A stretch of DNA of 64,000 bases from Bilabrum cf. latius (Eukaryota): contig OZ237756.1 of the NCBI GenBank assembly GCA_965178125.1, positions 496,001 to 560,000 on the forward strand, read 5' to 3'. Made by a program: the position numbers and the translations under genes. The notes under the pieces were generated by a model, which saw nothing but the letters and a program-made list of their open reading frames with translations, had not been told where the DNA came from and made no database searches. Of this stretch, positions 12,181 through 22,619 are shown in pieces (within the stretch, counting starts at the first letter, position 1; each line of letters opens with the position of its first letter).

Positions 12181-13391
12181 GGGGGGGGACAACAGGTGGT
12201 GGTAGGTACACCAAGCGTTGAGGACGAGGGCTACGCTACGCTCGCCCCTCCTTTAAAGGCATATTTAGCAACTCAAGTGTTTCCCCTATAAACCTAAATG
12301 ATTTCACAGGGGGTTCCCCAAGAACCCCTATAGAACCCCTCTATGTACCCATTTTCAGATATAAAATTTACTCCTACGAAGTAGGGGTAAATTGAAGAAT
12401 TCTAATATTTAACCCCCTTATAAACTCTAACAGCAAAGACAGAGATGTTTTAGTAAAGTAGGAAAAAATGAAGAAATTAACCAAGTGTCCAAAATATCTC
12501 TGTGTTTGCTGTAGGAACGGAAGGATGAATTCCCAAGAGACCAAGAGACCAACCGAGGATTTCCCCAAGTGAACAAGGTATTTTATCAAGAGACCGAGGT
12601 ATGTTCCCAAGCGACAAACCGATAAACCGACCGATGAACCGACCGATGAACCGACCAAGGATTTCCCAAGGATTTCCCAAGGATTTCCCAAGGATTTCCC
12701 AAGGATTTCCCAAGCGACTAAATTGTTCTCCGAAGCAACCAAACCGATTACCCAAGAGATGATACATTATAAGGAAAACGAAAACGTATTTTAAGTCCCT
12801 TTGGAAAAGTCCCCCAAAAATTGAGAGATTTTACAGGTCAATTTTAAGAGACTTAGAAAGAATAAATATATTTTCCAATTAAAATTAAATGTTGTAATTC
12901 CTATGATGCCACCATAAAAATTAAAAGGAAAACGAAAACGTATTTTAAGTCCCTTTCGAAAAGTCCCCAAAAAACTTGTCAATTTTACTAATGCTAACGC
13001 CGAATGGGGTTCGGGGTTGATGTGGCGATGCGTTCGAGACTCGAACACAGGCTCCGGTCTACCAACGCGAGGTTGCAACCGCCAGTGCGACCAGCAGCTT
13101 GCGAGGCATTCCCTCGTCTCCTTCCTTAGGGAAGGGGGCGGGGCAGCGCGGCAGTGGCCGTTCCGGCTCATGCCGTTGTTTTGTTTAGTATTTATGTTGA
13201 TTGAACTGGAGACGAAGTGTGTCGAGTAAGCATCGTTGCATCAAGGTCAATTATAAGAGACTTAGAAAAAATAAATTAAGTTCCCTATTAAAATTAAATG
13301 TTGTAATTCCTATGATGCCACCATAAAAATTAAAAGGAAAATAAAAAACAAATTATAATTGTTTTCCAATTAAAAACACAAAAATTGATTG
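12181..13391 (+). repeat. Left terminal inverted repeat (~956 bp plus a 255-bp insertion)
   Basis: Reverse complement of 28519-29473 apart from the 12989-13243 insertion, about two substitutions seen by eye and a G8 versus C7 terminal run. Confidence 0.95.
12989..13243. mobile_element. GC-rich 255-bp secondary insertion in the left TIR (short copy)
   Basis: Absent from the right TIR, whose empty site reads AATTTTAC|AGGTCAAT. Both arms match 26851-27212. No target-site duplication. Confidence 0.85.
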
Positions 13392-13407
13392 CCTAAAGTG
13401 GAAATGT

Positions 13408-13441
13408 CGTACCTTAAGCATAACTTACGTAGTCTATAGTA
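13408..13441 (+). promoter_or_regulatory. Putative bipartite virophage promoter CGTACCTTAAG...CGTAxTCTATA
   Basis: The same arrangement recurs upstream of the helicase (~14826-14858) and pPolB (~16541-16572). Confidence 0.65.
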
Positions 13442-13452
13442 CAACCACATAA

Positions 13453-13692
13453 ATGGCAAAATCACAAAAGGAACTCGAGAATTACATCTTGGCGACCAAA
13501 GAATGTCTTAAATCAGTCCCGTTTATTACAACACGAGAAGCATACGATATGGCCAAAAAGTACCTTGAATTTACAAAGACTATTATTTGGATTAATTATG
13601 ATGATGACGATGACCTGCTTGCTGACTTTGAGGAAGCTAAAGATTTAAGTCAAATTGTAGTTGAATGGCACGAAAGTACCAAAACCAAATGA
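13453..13692 (+). CDS. Virophage hypothetical protein (79 aa)
   Basis: ATG to TGA ORF preceded by the conserved CGTACCTTAAG...TCTATAG motif. Confidence 0.65.
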   Translation: MAKSQKELENYILATKECLKSVPFITTREAYDMAKKYLEFTKTIIWINYDDDDDLLADFEEAKDLSQIVVEWHESTKTK

Positions 13693-13757
13693 TTTTTTCC
13701 CAAGAATTATTTTCCCTACTTTACAAAAGTAAGGAGAATGATACAACTATATAGCAA

Positions 13758-14813
13758 ATGAGTAGCGCCTTTGAAAGAATATTACAATCCCTAAACATTT
13801 ATCCCAACAGTCGTATTGTAAATTTAATGAAACGACCAAAACGACCCAAAGGAGTAAATCGACCCCACGTAAATGTACCAGAACCTCACCAAGTGGTACA
13901 AATGGATTTATTATCATTACCCCACGACAATAATTATAAATACGCATTAACTGCTATTGATTTACATACAAAGTAGGCCGATGCTGAACCGCTCAAAACC
14001 AAGCGTTAGAACGAAGTATTAAAGGCATCAAAAAAGATTTTCAATCGTGGTAATGTCCAGAAACCGCAGCACCGTTTGGAAATAGATAATGGAAAAGAAT
14101 TTAACGCTTTACAAAGATATTTAGAAGAGACCGATGTATTTGTACGAAGAAATAAAGCAGGTCGCCACCGACAACAGGCATTAGTGGAAAACCTAAATAA
14201 AACGTTGGGAAAAGCCATATTTACCCTATAGAACGTTAATGAGTTAAATACAGGTAATGAAAGCGTAGAATGGGTGGATATGCTTCCAAACATCATTGAA
14301 AACTATAATGAATATCAACTAGAAAAGTATATAGAAGAACCACCTTTACCCCCAGAACACTTCGACTTTACGTAGTGTAAAGGAGACGCTTGTAATATAT
14401 TGGAAGAGGGTACAAGAGTTCGTATACCATTAGAAGAACCCAGAAAGGCTACAAATTTACAGCAAAAATTATCCGGAAATTTTCGTGCTTCAGATTTACG
14501 CTATAATCCAGAAATCAAAACGATAACTAAAGTATTATTAAGACCGAGACAACCACCCTTATATGTTGTGGATTAGGATGATTTAGTGGCTTATCCAAAA
14601 GAGGAATTACAGATTATCGACTTTGATAATGAGGACAATAACCGAGATGCTCAGACAATCTTTCTCCCAAAAAAAATAAAATCCGAGAACGAAACAGAAT
14701 ATCAAATAGAATGGAAAGATTTTCCAGAACCAGAACATTGGACGTGGGAACCAAAGAATAAAATCCAAGAAATTGCTCCTAATTTAATTTTGGAGTGGGA
14801 TATAGAAAATTGA
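13758..14813 (+). CDS. Retroviral-type (rve, DDE) integrase with C-terminal chromodomain (351 aa with TAG=Gln)
   Basis: QMDLL, IDNGKEF and VENLNKTL supply the DDE triad. YQIEWKDFPEPEHWTWEP is a chromodomain motif. Five in-frame TAGs; ends at TGA. Confidence 0.93.
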
Positions 14814-14870
14814 GATGCCCCGTATCGTACCTTAAGGATTATTTTCGTATTCTATAGTACAACAACAAAA

Positions 14871-16533
14871 ATGTCATTCACTCTGCCGACTAAAGCGTAT
14901 TCGTCAAAAAGCCTTATGGACCTATGTAATGCCGGAAAACAAGAGGAATGTATTCAATACCTTAAACAATACTTCTACCGCACCCACGAACAAGGTGGCG
15001 GGGTGTATTTTCTAATAGCATCTGAATTAAATCGGAATAACATAAGTGATGACGAACCCCAGAAACCAGTCTGGTAGTTCCTTACGAATAAAAATATTAC
15101 TGAAAATTACCTGATTGGGGGACACTGTATTTACGCGATTGTGGGCAACAAAAGAGTAAAGACTTGGTCAGCACGAGACTGGTTCTTAAATGAGAATACC
15201 GACGTATTTACGATTGTAAGAAAATTCAATTCACCTACCGTTGATTACTGACAATCAAACAATTAACGTTATGGGTTCACCTATACTTACACGGGAAAAC
15301 TGTGGAAACATAGAGGATTTAACCGAAGACGCAAAAGCAGGCGCGACTATGATTTACGAACATATCCAGAAGGTGTGGACTTCAGAAGACAAAGAATAGT
15401 GTGATTTTGTGATGAAGTGGTTGGCTCACGTTATTGTGGGCGGAAAGAAGTTGGGTACAGCACTATATTTGAAATCTCCACAAGGAACTGGTAAATCGAT
15501 GATTATTACCTTCCTTATGAGAAAACTACTCGGATATACCCTCACACTATAGACGCTTACACACAAGATGCTTCAACCCGACGCCTTCAACTCAATTCTG
15601 GACGGGAAACTATTAGTCAATTTTAATGAAATTCCAAAAGCCTCGCCAACTATTTGGGACGCCATGTAGGCAACACTAAGAAATCTTATTACGGAAAAAC
15701 ACTTTTCCTGTAATGAGAAGTTTGTCAAATCCGAAAGTCGTCCGAATACATTCAATTTAATTATTGATACGAATGATAGTCCAATCAAAATCACCGAGGA
15801 AATCCGTAGATATTGTGTTTTGGATGTGAATACATCTAAGAAAGGAGACAAAGAATACTTTACAACACTAAAACGTTTTACAGAAAATCCAGAAGTGGCT
15901 AAGGCATTTTATATGTTATTGGTTGAAATCTATGATACATCACCAGACTTTACAGGACAATTCGCACCAAAATCAAAGAATTTTTACAAAGGAATTCTTG
16001 ATGGCGCACATCCGGTTTTAAAAATTCTAAAAGAAGAGTGGCTGGACGAAGGCAGAGATTTTAAAATGACAGTCTTGGAATTCCGCAATTATCTAAAGCA
16101 GGAACTGAACGGTAGAGTGAAGAACCTTGGTACACCTATGATTAAAACACTATTGTCAGAGGTAGGTGTTCATTCAACGATGAACAAATAGAGAAAACAA
16201 GAATTTAATGTGAAACACGCAGACTTACTAAAAGGCTTCCAATCTAAATTTTAGGCACTTCGTCATTCTGCTGAGATGGAAAAAGCAAAATCCGAGGTAG
16301 ATGTTCTTCGAGAGTAGATTAGAGAACTACAGAAACAAGTCGCATAGCAGTAGGAAACGATTGAATAGTTGGAATTAGAAAAGGAGATTACACCGACGGA
16401 ACAAGTCCATAAGAAAATCCAGAAACAGCTGAGTGTTGAGAATAGCATCGCTATTCAAAAATGGATAAAAGAGAACCCACCAAAGAACAAAAAAGGAAAA
16501 CTTTCCAAATTCCTCTGTAAAATTGAGAAGTGA
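14871..16533 (+). CDS. Superfamily 3 (D5-like) helicase with a +1 frameshift near 15245
   Basis: Walker A SPQGTGKS, Walker B LLVNFNE, motif C NLIIDTN and IRRY, then a C-terminal coiled coil with several TAGs. The first frame stops at TGA 15249-15251 and the helicase continues in the +1 frame to TGA 16533. Confidence 0.88.
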
Positions 16534-16590
16534 GTGAGTTCGTACCTTAAGAATAATTATCGTATTCTATAATATAATAGATACTATAGA

Positions 16591-18432
16591 ATGCCCGAAA
16601 TCGATTTTACGGAACCCCAAAGAACCAAATTGCGTCTTAATGGGAAACCAATATGGAGTATGCGATTTGAGAGCGAGGACCTTATCACCGTAAAAAATGT
16701 CTTGGAATTTATTCGTGATTACGACGATGGTGGTGAAAATCCGTTTGATGACTTTAAATTTAAGGTGAATATCAATTACCAAGATACAGGTTGGCGAACA
16801 CGAAGCACTTGGATTACTACAGATGATTTAGAAAATCAAGATAGTTTATGGGCGGGCTACGAAGACGACGATGACGACGAATATAGAAAATTGAATTCTT
16901 TTGAACTACTGCTTATTAGAAAGCCAGAACCAGAAGGCGGTGCTGACGAACATAACGATTGTTTATATAACGCTATAAAACAGGCTTTTCCTTTTTCAGT
17001 TGGTCGTAAGGTAAATGTAAAGAACGCAAAAGGCAAATGGAAAACTACTATTAAAAGAATGTCATAGTCCGACCTGAAAGAATTCTTGATAATTGGGCGT
17101 GATGACCCCGTTGATTACAGAAGAATACCAGAGATAGAAGACGAACTAGAAATACGTATTAACGTTGTGGGCGACTTTGAATACACATCTGGAAAAACTC
17201 ATTTTGACCGTCTTCTAACTGTATCATTAACAAATGGGCATTACAAGTATGTTCCCCCCATTAGTTAGAAAGAATTATTTACACCGCCGTCTAAAGAACC
17301 GTGTACGCTAATTACCCGCTTGTATCAATCCGAGAATTCTTATTTACTATTTGATGGAGACCGTGAGTATCAATCAGAAGGCATTACATCAGTTTCCAAG
17401 GATAAATTCATCTTTGAAGTCAAGTCCAAGGAAGAACTAAGAACAAAACACGAAGAACGGATGAAAAATGTAAGGGCATTAGCGAAGGAGACGGGTGGAT
17501 TTATGGATTTATCACGATTTATGTTTAGAACATCCCTATTTGTAAAGTCGTATTTCAGTAAGTTTTCCAAACTTTACCCTGCCGACCCGATTGACCGAAT
17601 GGAAGCACTTTGGATATCAAGAGCATCCGGTGGTGGATTGAATTGGGCAAACAAGGATACTACATTAAAAAACGCATACCAGTACGATATTAACTCATTT
17701 TATCCAAGTATTATGAAGGGTACATTTACATTTCCGGTTAGAAGGGGAACGTTCGTACAATTTAAAGTACCATCCAGTGGGTTCTATCCGTACGGCATTT
17801 TTAGGGTACGTATTGAAAATCTCAATTCTAAATTAGTACAAAAAAGAAAAAACAATTATTATACCCAATATGATATTAACCGAGCGATTGAGACGGGTGC
17901 TTAGGTGTCCCTAATTGAAGACGGTGAAGCCAACGCTTTACTTTACGATGAGACAACAAGGGTGAAGGCAAATGGACTGTTCAAAACGATGATTGAGCGA
18001 TTGTACGGTTATAAAAAATAGGGATTGAAGTGTGCGAAGGAGATACTAAATAATATTTGGGGTTCTCTATGTTAGAAAAACACAATCACAAAAACACTCC
18101 GAGATGGTGATTGTATGAATTTTAGACAATTAAAGAACGCGTATCCTAAAGCATCTGGACGACTTGTATCGGGTATACTATATGACGAAGAGTACGATTA
18201 CAAAACAGCCTACGCAAGAATGGGCCCCTTTCTGACTGGACTTGGACGAAGTAAATTGTCCAAAATGATTGAGCCATATCTTGAAAACATTCACTATGTC
18301 AACACGGATGGTTTCATTAGTGAGAAAGAATTACCTCTAAAGTTATCAACGAACCTTGGGGGTATGAAGTTGGAGCAATCAGGTGAATGTCAAATTATTC
18401 ACAGTAAGAAGAAAATTTTTAGAAAAGATTGA
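16591..18432 (+). CDS. Protein-primed family B DNA polymerase with N-terminal OTU-like region (613 aa with TAG=Gln)
   Basis: Motif A YDINSFYPS, motif B KEILNNIWG and motif C YVNTDGF. ORFs at 16591, 17086, 17320 and 18115 are all in one frame and are joined through TAGs. Confidence 0.92.
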
Positions 18433-18488
18433 CCAAAGCACCGCAGTTTACCGGCGGAACGGCATAAAAGTGTTTAGAAAAGATTGAA

Positions 18489-18761
18489 TTAAATAGTCTG
18501 CTTTTCCTTAAGCTTCTAAATTTCCTATCGCAAACTATCAAGTTCATCCATTATGTTAATTTGTTCCCTTTTTGTGTCTTCCTCTTTTTGAAGCCAATCA
18601 AGGTGTTTTTTTGTTCTACAATGATGTGATTTATTGTACTTCTTATATACGCCTCCACACGAGCATTGTATCTATTCTCCAAGTTTTTCCTTGTTTTTCC
18701 GGTAGTATTCACGGGCATACAGCTTATCCTGTTCTTTTCTTTCTGAATGACTGAGTGTCAT
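18489..18761 (-). CDS. Small zinc-finger protein (90 aa)
   Basis: YAREYYRKNKEK...CSCGGVY..NKSHHCRTKKH. Three in-frame TAGs, TAA stop and an upstream TCTATAG. Confidence 0.75.
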
Positions 18762-18797
18762 TTTTGTATTCTATAGTATTATACTATAGACTTAGAT

Positions 18798-20081
18798 TTA
18801 AGTATCGTAGGCAAATATTTTCCAAGCCTACTTAAGTGCTGTCTTCTTGGATATTCCTTTTTCTCTTAAAATGGACGCCATTTTCATCACTCTTGAACGT
18901 TTGGTTTCACACTGACATTGACCTCCAAATATTTCCAGATACATACCCGATACTGGGTCATTCGTATGCGAATGGATTTCTTTCATAATTGGTTTTCCAA
19001 CTGTTTTAGTTGCTAAATCCCAACCTTCCTTAAAATCTTGTCCAAAATCCCTTTCTGTGTTCTACTTATGTTTTTTCTAATTTTTCATTAAGGCGTTTCT
19101 GACATCTTCCGGTAAATCATTTAAACCTCTCCCAAACCATTTGGAAAAATAACCAGCCACGTCAGTAGCAGCATTAGCCACTCTCTTAGTAAATCCCGAT
19201 ACACTCTTAGCAATACTCTCTACATCCTACATAATAAATTGGTTTAAGGGTGGTGTCAAAAACCCATTTGTGCGCAGAACATCCTAAATGAACTTTTGAC
19301 AATTCAACGAGAAAGCACGGTACTGATAAAAGTTGTATTCTCCAATTTTCTGTAAAGTGGTCTCAAATAATTCCCTAACTGTTTTCTGAGGTTTTCCATT
19401 TATATTTACTTCCATAGTTTGAGTTTTCTTGTTGGTGGAAAATCGTGGGGACAAATTAACCCTCTCATTCTTCTCAAGATAAATCTTTTTTCCACCTCCA
19501 AGGTTCAATTCTAAGGCTAAATGGAAGAAATCATTATATCCGTGTTTATTTTTTAACTTTTTCATTTTCCCAAGGGTAATCCAGTTAAGCAACCGATTAA
19601 TCGCGCCACTAATAGGGGTTCTAATTACTTTCATAGCAATAATTGTCCTATCCCCGTACTGTTGAAGATTTCTCTGGACTTCGTTCGTATTTCCATACAC
19701 TACTCCACCCTTAAGCTGTTGCGCCAGCTAACTGCGCCGAGAGGGGGTGCTTCGCGGACCATCTTTAAGCTGGCTTCGCGGACCATCTTTTAAATACTAA
19801 TGAAGTGTGTTGGATTGTGTAGGTTTCTTCTAGGATTTCTTTTTTGGTTTTCCTTTTGTTCCCACACCATCTTTAAGCTGTTGCGCCAGCTAACTGCGCC
19901 GAGAGGGGGTGCTTCGCACACCATCTTCAAACTTAATTGCTTTTTCAAGGGCCTCTTTAGAATAAGGGAATTCACTTTTCCATGTCCTTGTTGTTTTACT
20001 CTTAGGTTCTTTGACACTAATGTACGTCTTAACAAAACCAGAATTCATTTTTCCGCCACTAAGTGAATAAAAACTATCCAT
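18798..20081 (-). CDS. Protein with permuted papain-fold (PPPDE/LRAT-like) peptidase domain (427 aa)
   Basis: His in FFHLAL precedes Cys in YRAFSLNCQKFI. One frame through TAGs from ATG 20081 to TAA 18798. Confidence 0.7.
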
Positions 20082-20107
20082 TTAGTATAGACTTGTATTT
20101 AAAAAAC

Positions 20108-20725
20108 TCATAGACGAGAACCAAGACCAAATGTTTTACGGACGAATTCCTCCAGTTGCTAAAAGGATGAATAGACACAGTACTAACTCTAATGTAATCC
20201 AGCGATTAAATTCGTTCTTGAGCGTTCCACAGACAATAAGTCCCCCGATTTTTTACCCTCACGGATTTCCTCAAAAAGACTGTGAGAAGGCACACACACA
20301 AAAATTGAACTTTCCTTAAATAAATCTTTCGCTAATTCCAACGAACCAACCATAACTATCAGACGTCTGGATTTCTTCGTGAGCCAATCCGCTTTAATTT
20401 TTTCATACACTAATCTTGATTGGGAATAATAAAAGAGGCGGTGGGTGCTTTCATCACCATCAACCAACATCTTTTCCATCTTTTGCTTTTCCTACCCTGA
20501 AATTTGAGCATTTACACACTCGTCTAAATCAATAATTAGCGTATCCTTATCCACCGCTTCTAGGGAACGACATAACGTAGTTTTACCGCTTCCTTTTGGA
20601 ACAACCACGCACGATTTCTGTTTCTAAGTTCCGTCTTTCGTCCACCAAGAATACAGACACTTGCTTCCTGTATAAGCTAAAGGGGCTAAAGTCCCAGCAA
20701 CCATTACAGCAGTTGATACTGACAT
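20108..20725 (-). CDS. P-loop NTPase / nucleotide-kinase-like protein (205 aa)
   Basis: Walker A VPKGSGKTT and LIIDLD. In-frame TAGs; ends at TGA 20108. Confidence 0.75.
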
Positions 20726-20780
20726 TGTTTTGATATACTATATACCAAGACAAATATTTATTGGTTTACCCTTTTCATAT

Positions 20781-22541
20781 TCACTGCTACAACATTGCGA
20801 GAAGTTGATTGCGAGAAAGAGATTTACCACCTGTTAAGCCCGAGCCTAACTTGGCACCTGTTAAGCCCTTGCCTTTCTTGGTAGTTCTCCTTGGCTTCCT
20901 ACCCATTCCCGCCATTTTAGCGATATCTGCTCCGGTTTCTATTGCTTTTGTAGCATCCCCTAAAAACTTCTTAGCTTTCCCAGACTTAACCCAATCAGCG
21001 GTTTTGTGTGCGAACTTTTTTAAGGCGTGTCTAATCTTTTTCCCAAGACCGCGACCGTGTAGTCCTGATAATTGACTTTCATATACAACGGGTAGTTTAG
21101 AGGCGGACAAAACGTCTGCCCTTGAGATGACACCCTGCTAATACTCGAACTTAGACCCATCAATCAAATTTAATACTCCTTCGTATAATCCAATCACAAC
21201 ACACTACACATTATCGTAGCCCACATCATCATTATTCTTCACTCGTAGGGTTATAGACAGTTGGTTAGACCCGTTGCTACCATTTGTCTAATCCACATCT
21301 AAGCTTAAGTCCTTGGCGGGGTCAATACATAACAGACCACCTGATAGCACCCTATCCCCGAATTTACGCATAGCCCATTCATTATATTGCTATTCAAGTC
21401 CGTTGCTTCTGGATAAGTCCCATAACTGCTGTGGCGATGCGTCGGCGAGTAATCCACTATGGTTATTCATCTCTATACTAATTCCATCAATTGCCATGAA
21501 TGTGTTTCCCTAATCTACTGAAAGGGTTGTAGGTGAGCGACGGGCAAACACAAATAAACGACTTGGAACTGAATTACTAAGCTTAATATTGTTATTGTAA
21601 AGAGTTGCTGTAGTACCTGCGGCAATTGTTGGACTATGACTTTGGGTATACGAAGTCATCTCAAAAATATCATACGAGACCTATTTAGGAAGCACAAATC
21701 CTGTTTTAGGTGTAATCTATTCAAGGTATAGGACTGGTTCTTGGACATCTACCGACTAAATGGTAGCAGTTAAGCCCTATTGTGGAATACGAGACCACAC
21801 GGTTCTACTCAGTTGAGACCAATTAATATTTAAGGAGAGTGTTTGAATTCCGTATATAGCCGTTTGTTCCTATTTACTTTCGTAGTGGAAAGGTGGGCAT
21901 AGTACTGCCTCAGTGCATTCAAAAACAAGAACACGATTTTGAGTTTGACCTGCGGGTACATCAGTATTATCCATTTGATACAAATTGTAAAATCCACTTC
22001 CTCGGGCTGGTTGGTCCTAAAGCACGTCCTCATACGAAGCAAGAGCGTTATTCGTAGACTAACTCATCATCGCGTATGAAGGCACATTATCGCGTCTATA
22101 CACACTATCAAGGCAATTCACACGGTGGACATCATCATCTAGTAAATGGGACAGAGCGTCCATTAGTTCACCGTTGTTCTGGGTATAACGAAGGTTATTA
22201 ATACCTACTGTCTGTGTTGCGATGGAGCGATTAAGTGGATAGGAGCGTGGAGCATCGTAATCTGGTCTAAAGGGTGCTAGACCACCTGCGGTTTGATTAT
22301 TCACGGAAAAGGTGATAGAAAATCGGCATGAGACATAGGCGCGGCGGCACAAACCTACACCTGAAGGCATACTAATATTCCAGTTGACCCCGCTGTTGTA
22401 GTTTCCGGCAGACCCGGAGGGGTTATATTTACGGAAAGTCCGGTTCTCATAACCTTCTTGAACTTCATACGGCTTCGGTTGTACATCTAGTGTTGCGGGT
22501 GATACTTTGACTGGCTGAAGGGCAAAGGTATTCAATGACAT
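20781..22541 (-). CDS. Virophage major capsid protein (586 aa with TAG=Gln)
   Basis: Virophage-MCP-like segments APRSYPL, VPSRLFVFARR, NHSGLLADASPQQLWDLSRSNGL and LCIDPAKDL, plus a basic Gly-rich C-terminal tail. About 13 in-frame TAGs; ends at TGA. Confidence 0.92.
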
Positions 22542-22582
22542 TTTTGTTTTCCTTGTATATTATATATAACGAATAAAATTCT

Positions 22583-22600
22583 ATGGGGTCGCGTCCCCAT
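22583..22600. terminator. GC-rich intergenic hairpin between penton and MCP
   Basis: ATGGGG-TCGCGT-CCCCAT in AT-rich DNA just downstream of the penton stop. Confidence 0.4.
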
Positions 22601-22619
22601 CCGACGAATTATCATTTTT

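Noticed and set aside
12374-12767. ORFs inside the TIRs (and mirror copies at 28861-29281)
   Set aside because: They arise from 11-12-bp tandem repeats, and the 108-aa frame has a TGA in the left copy. Not supported as genes.
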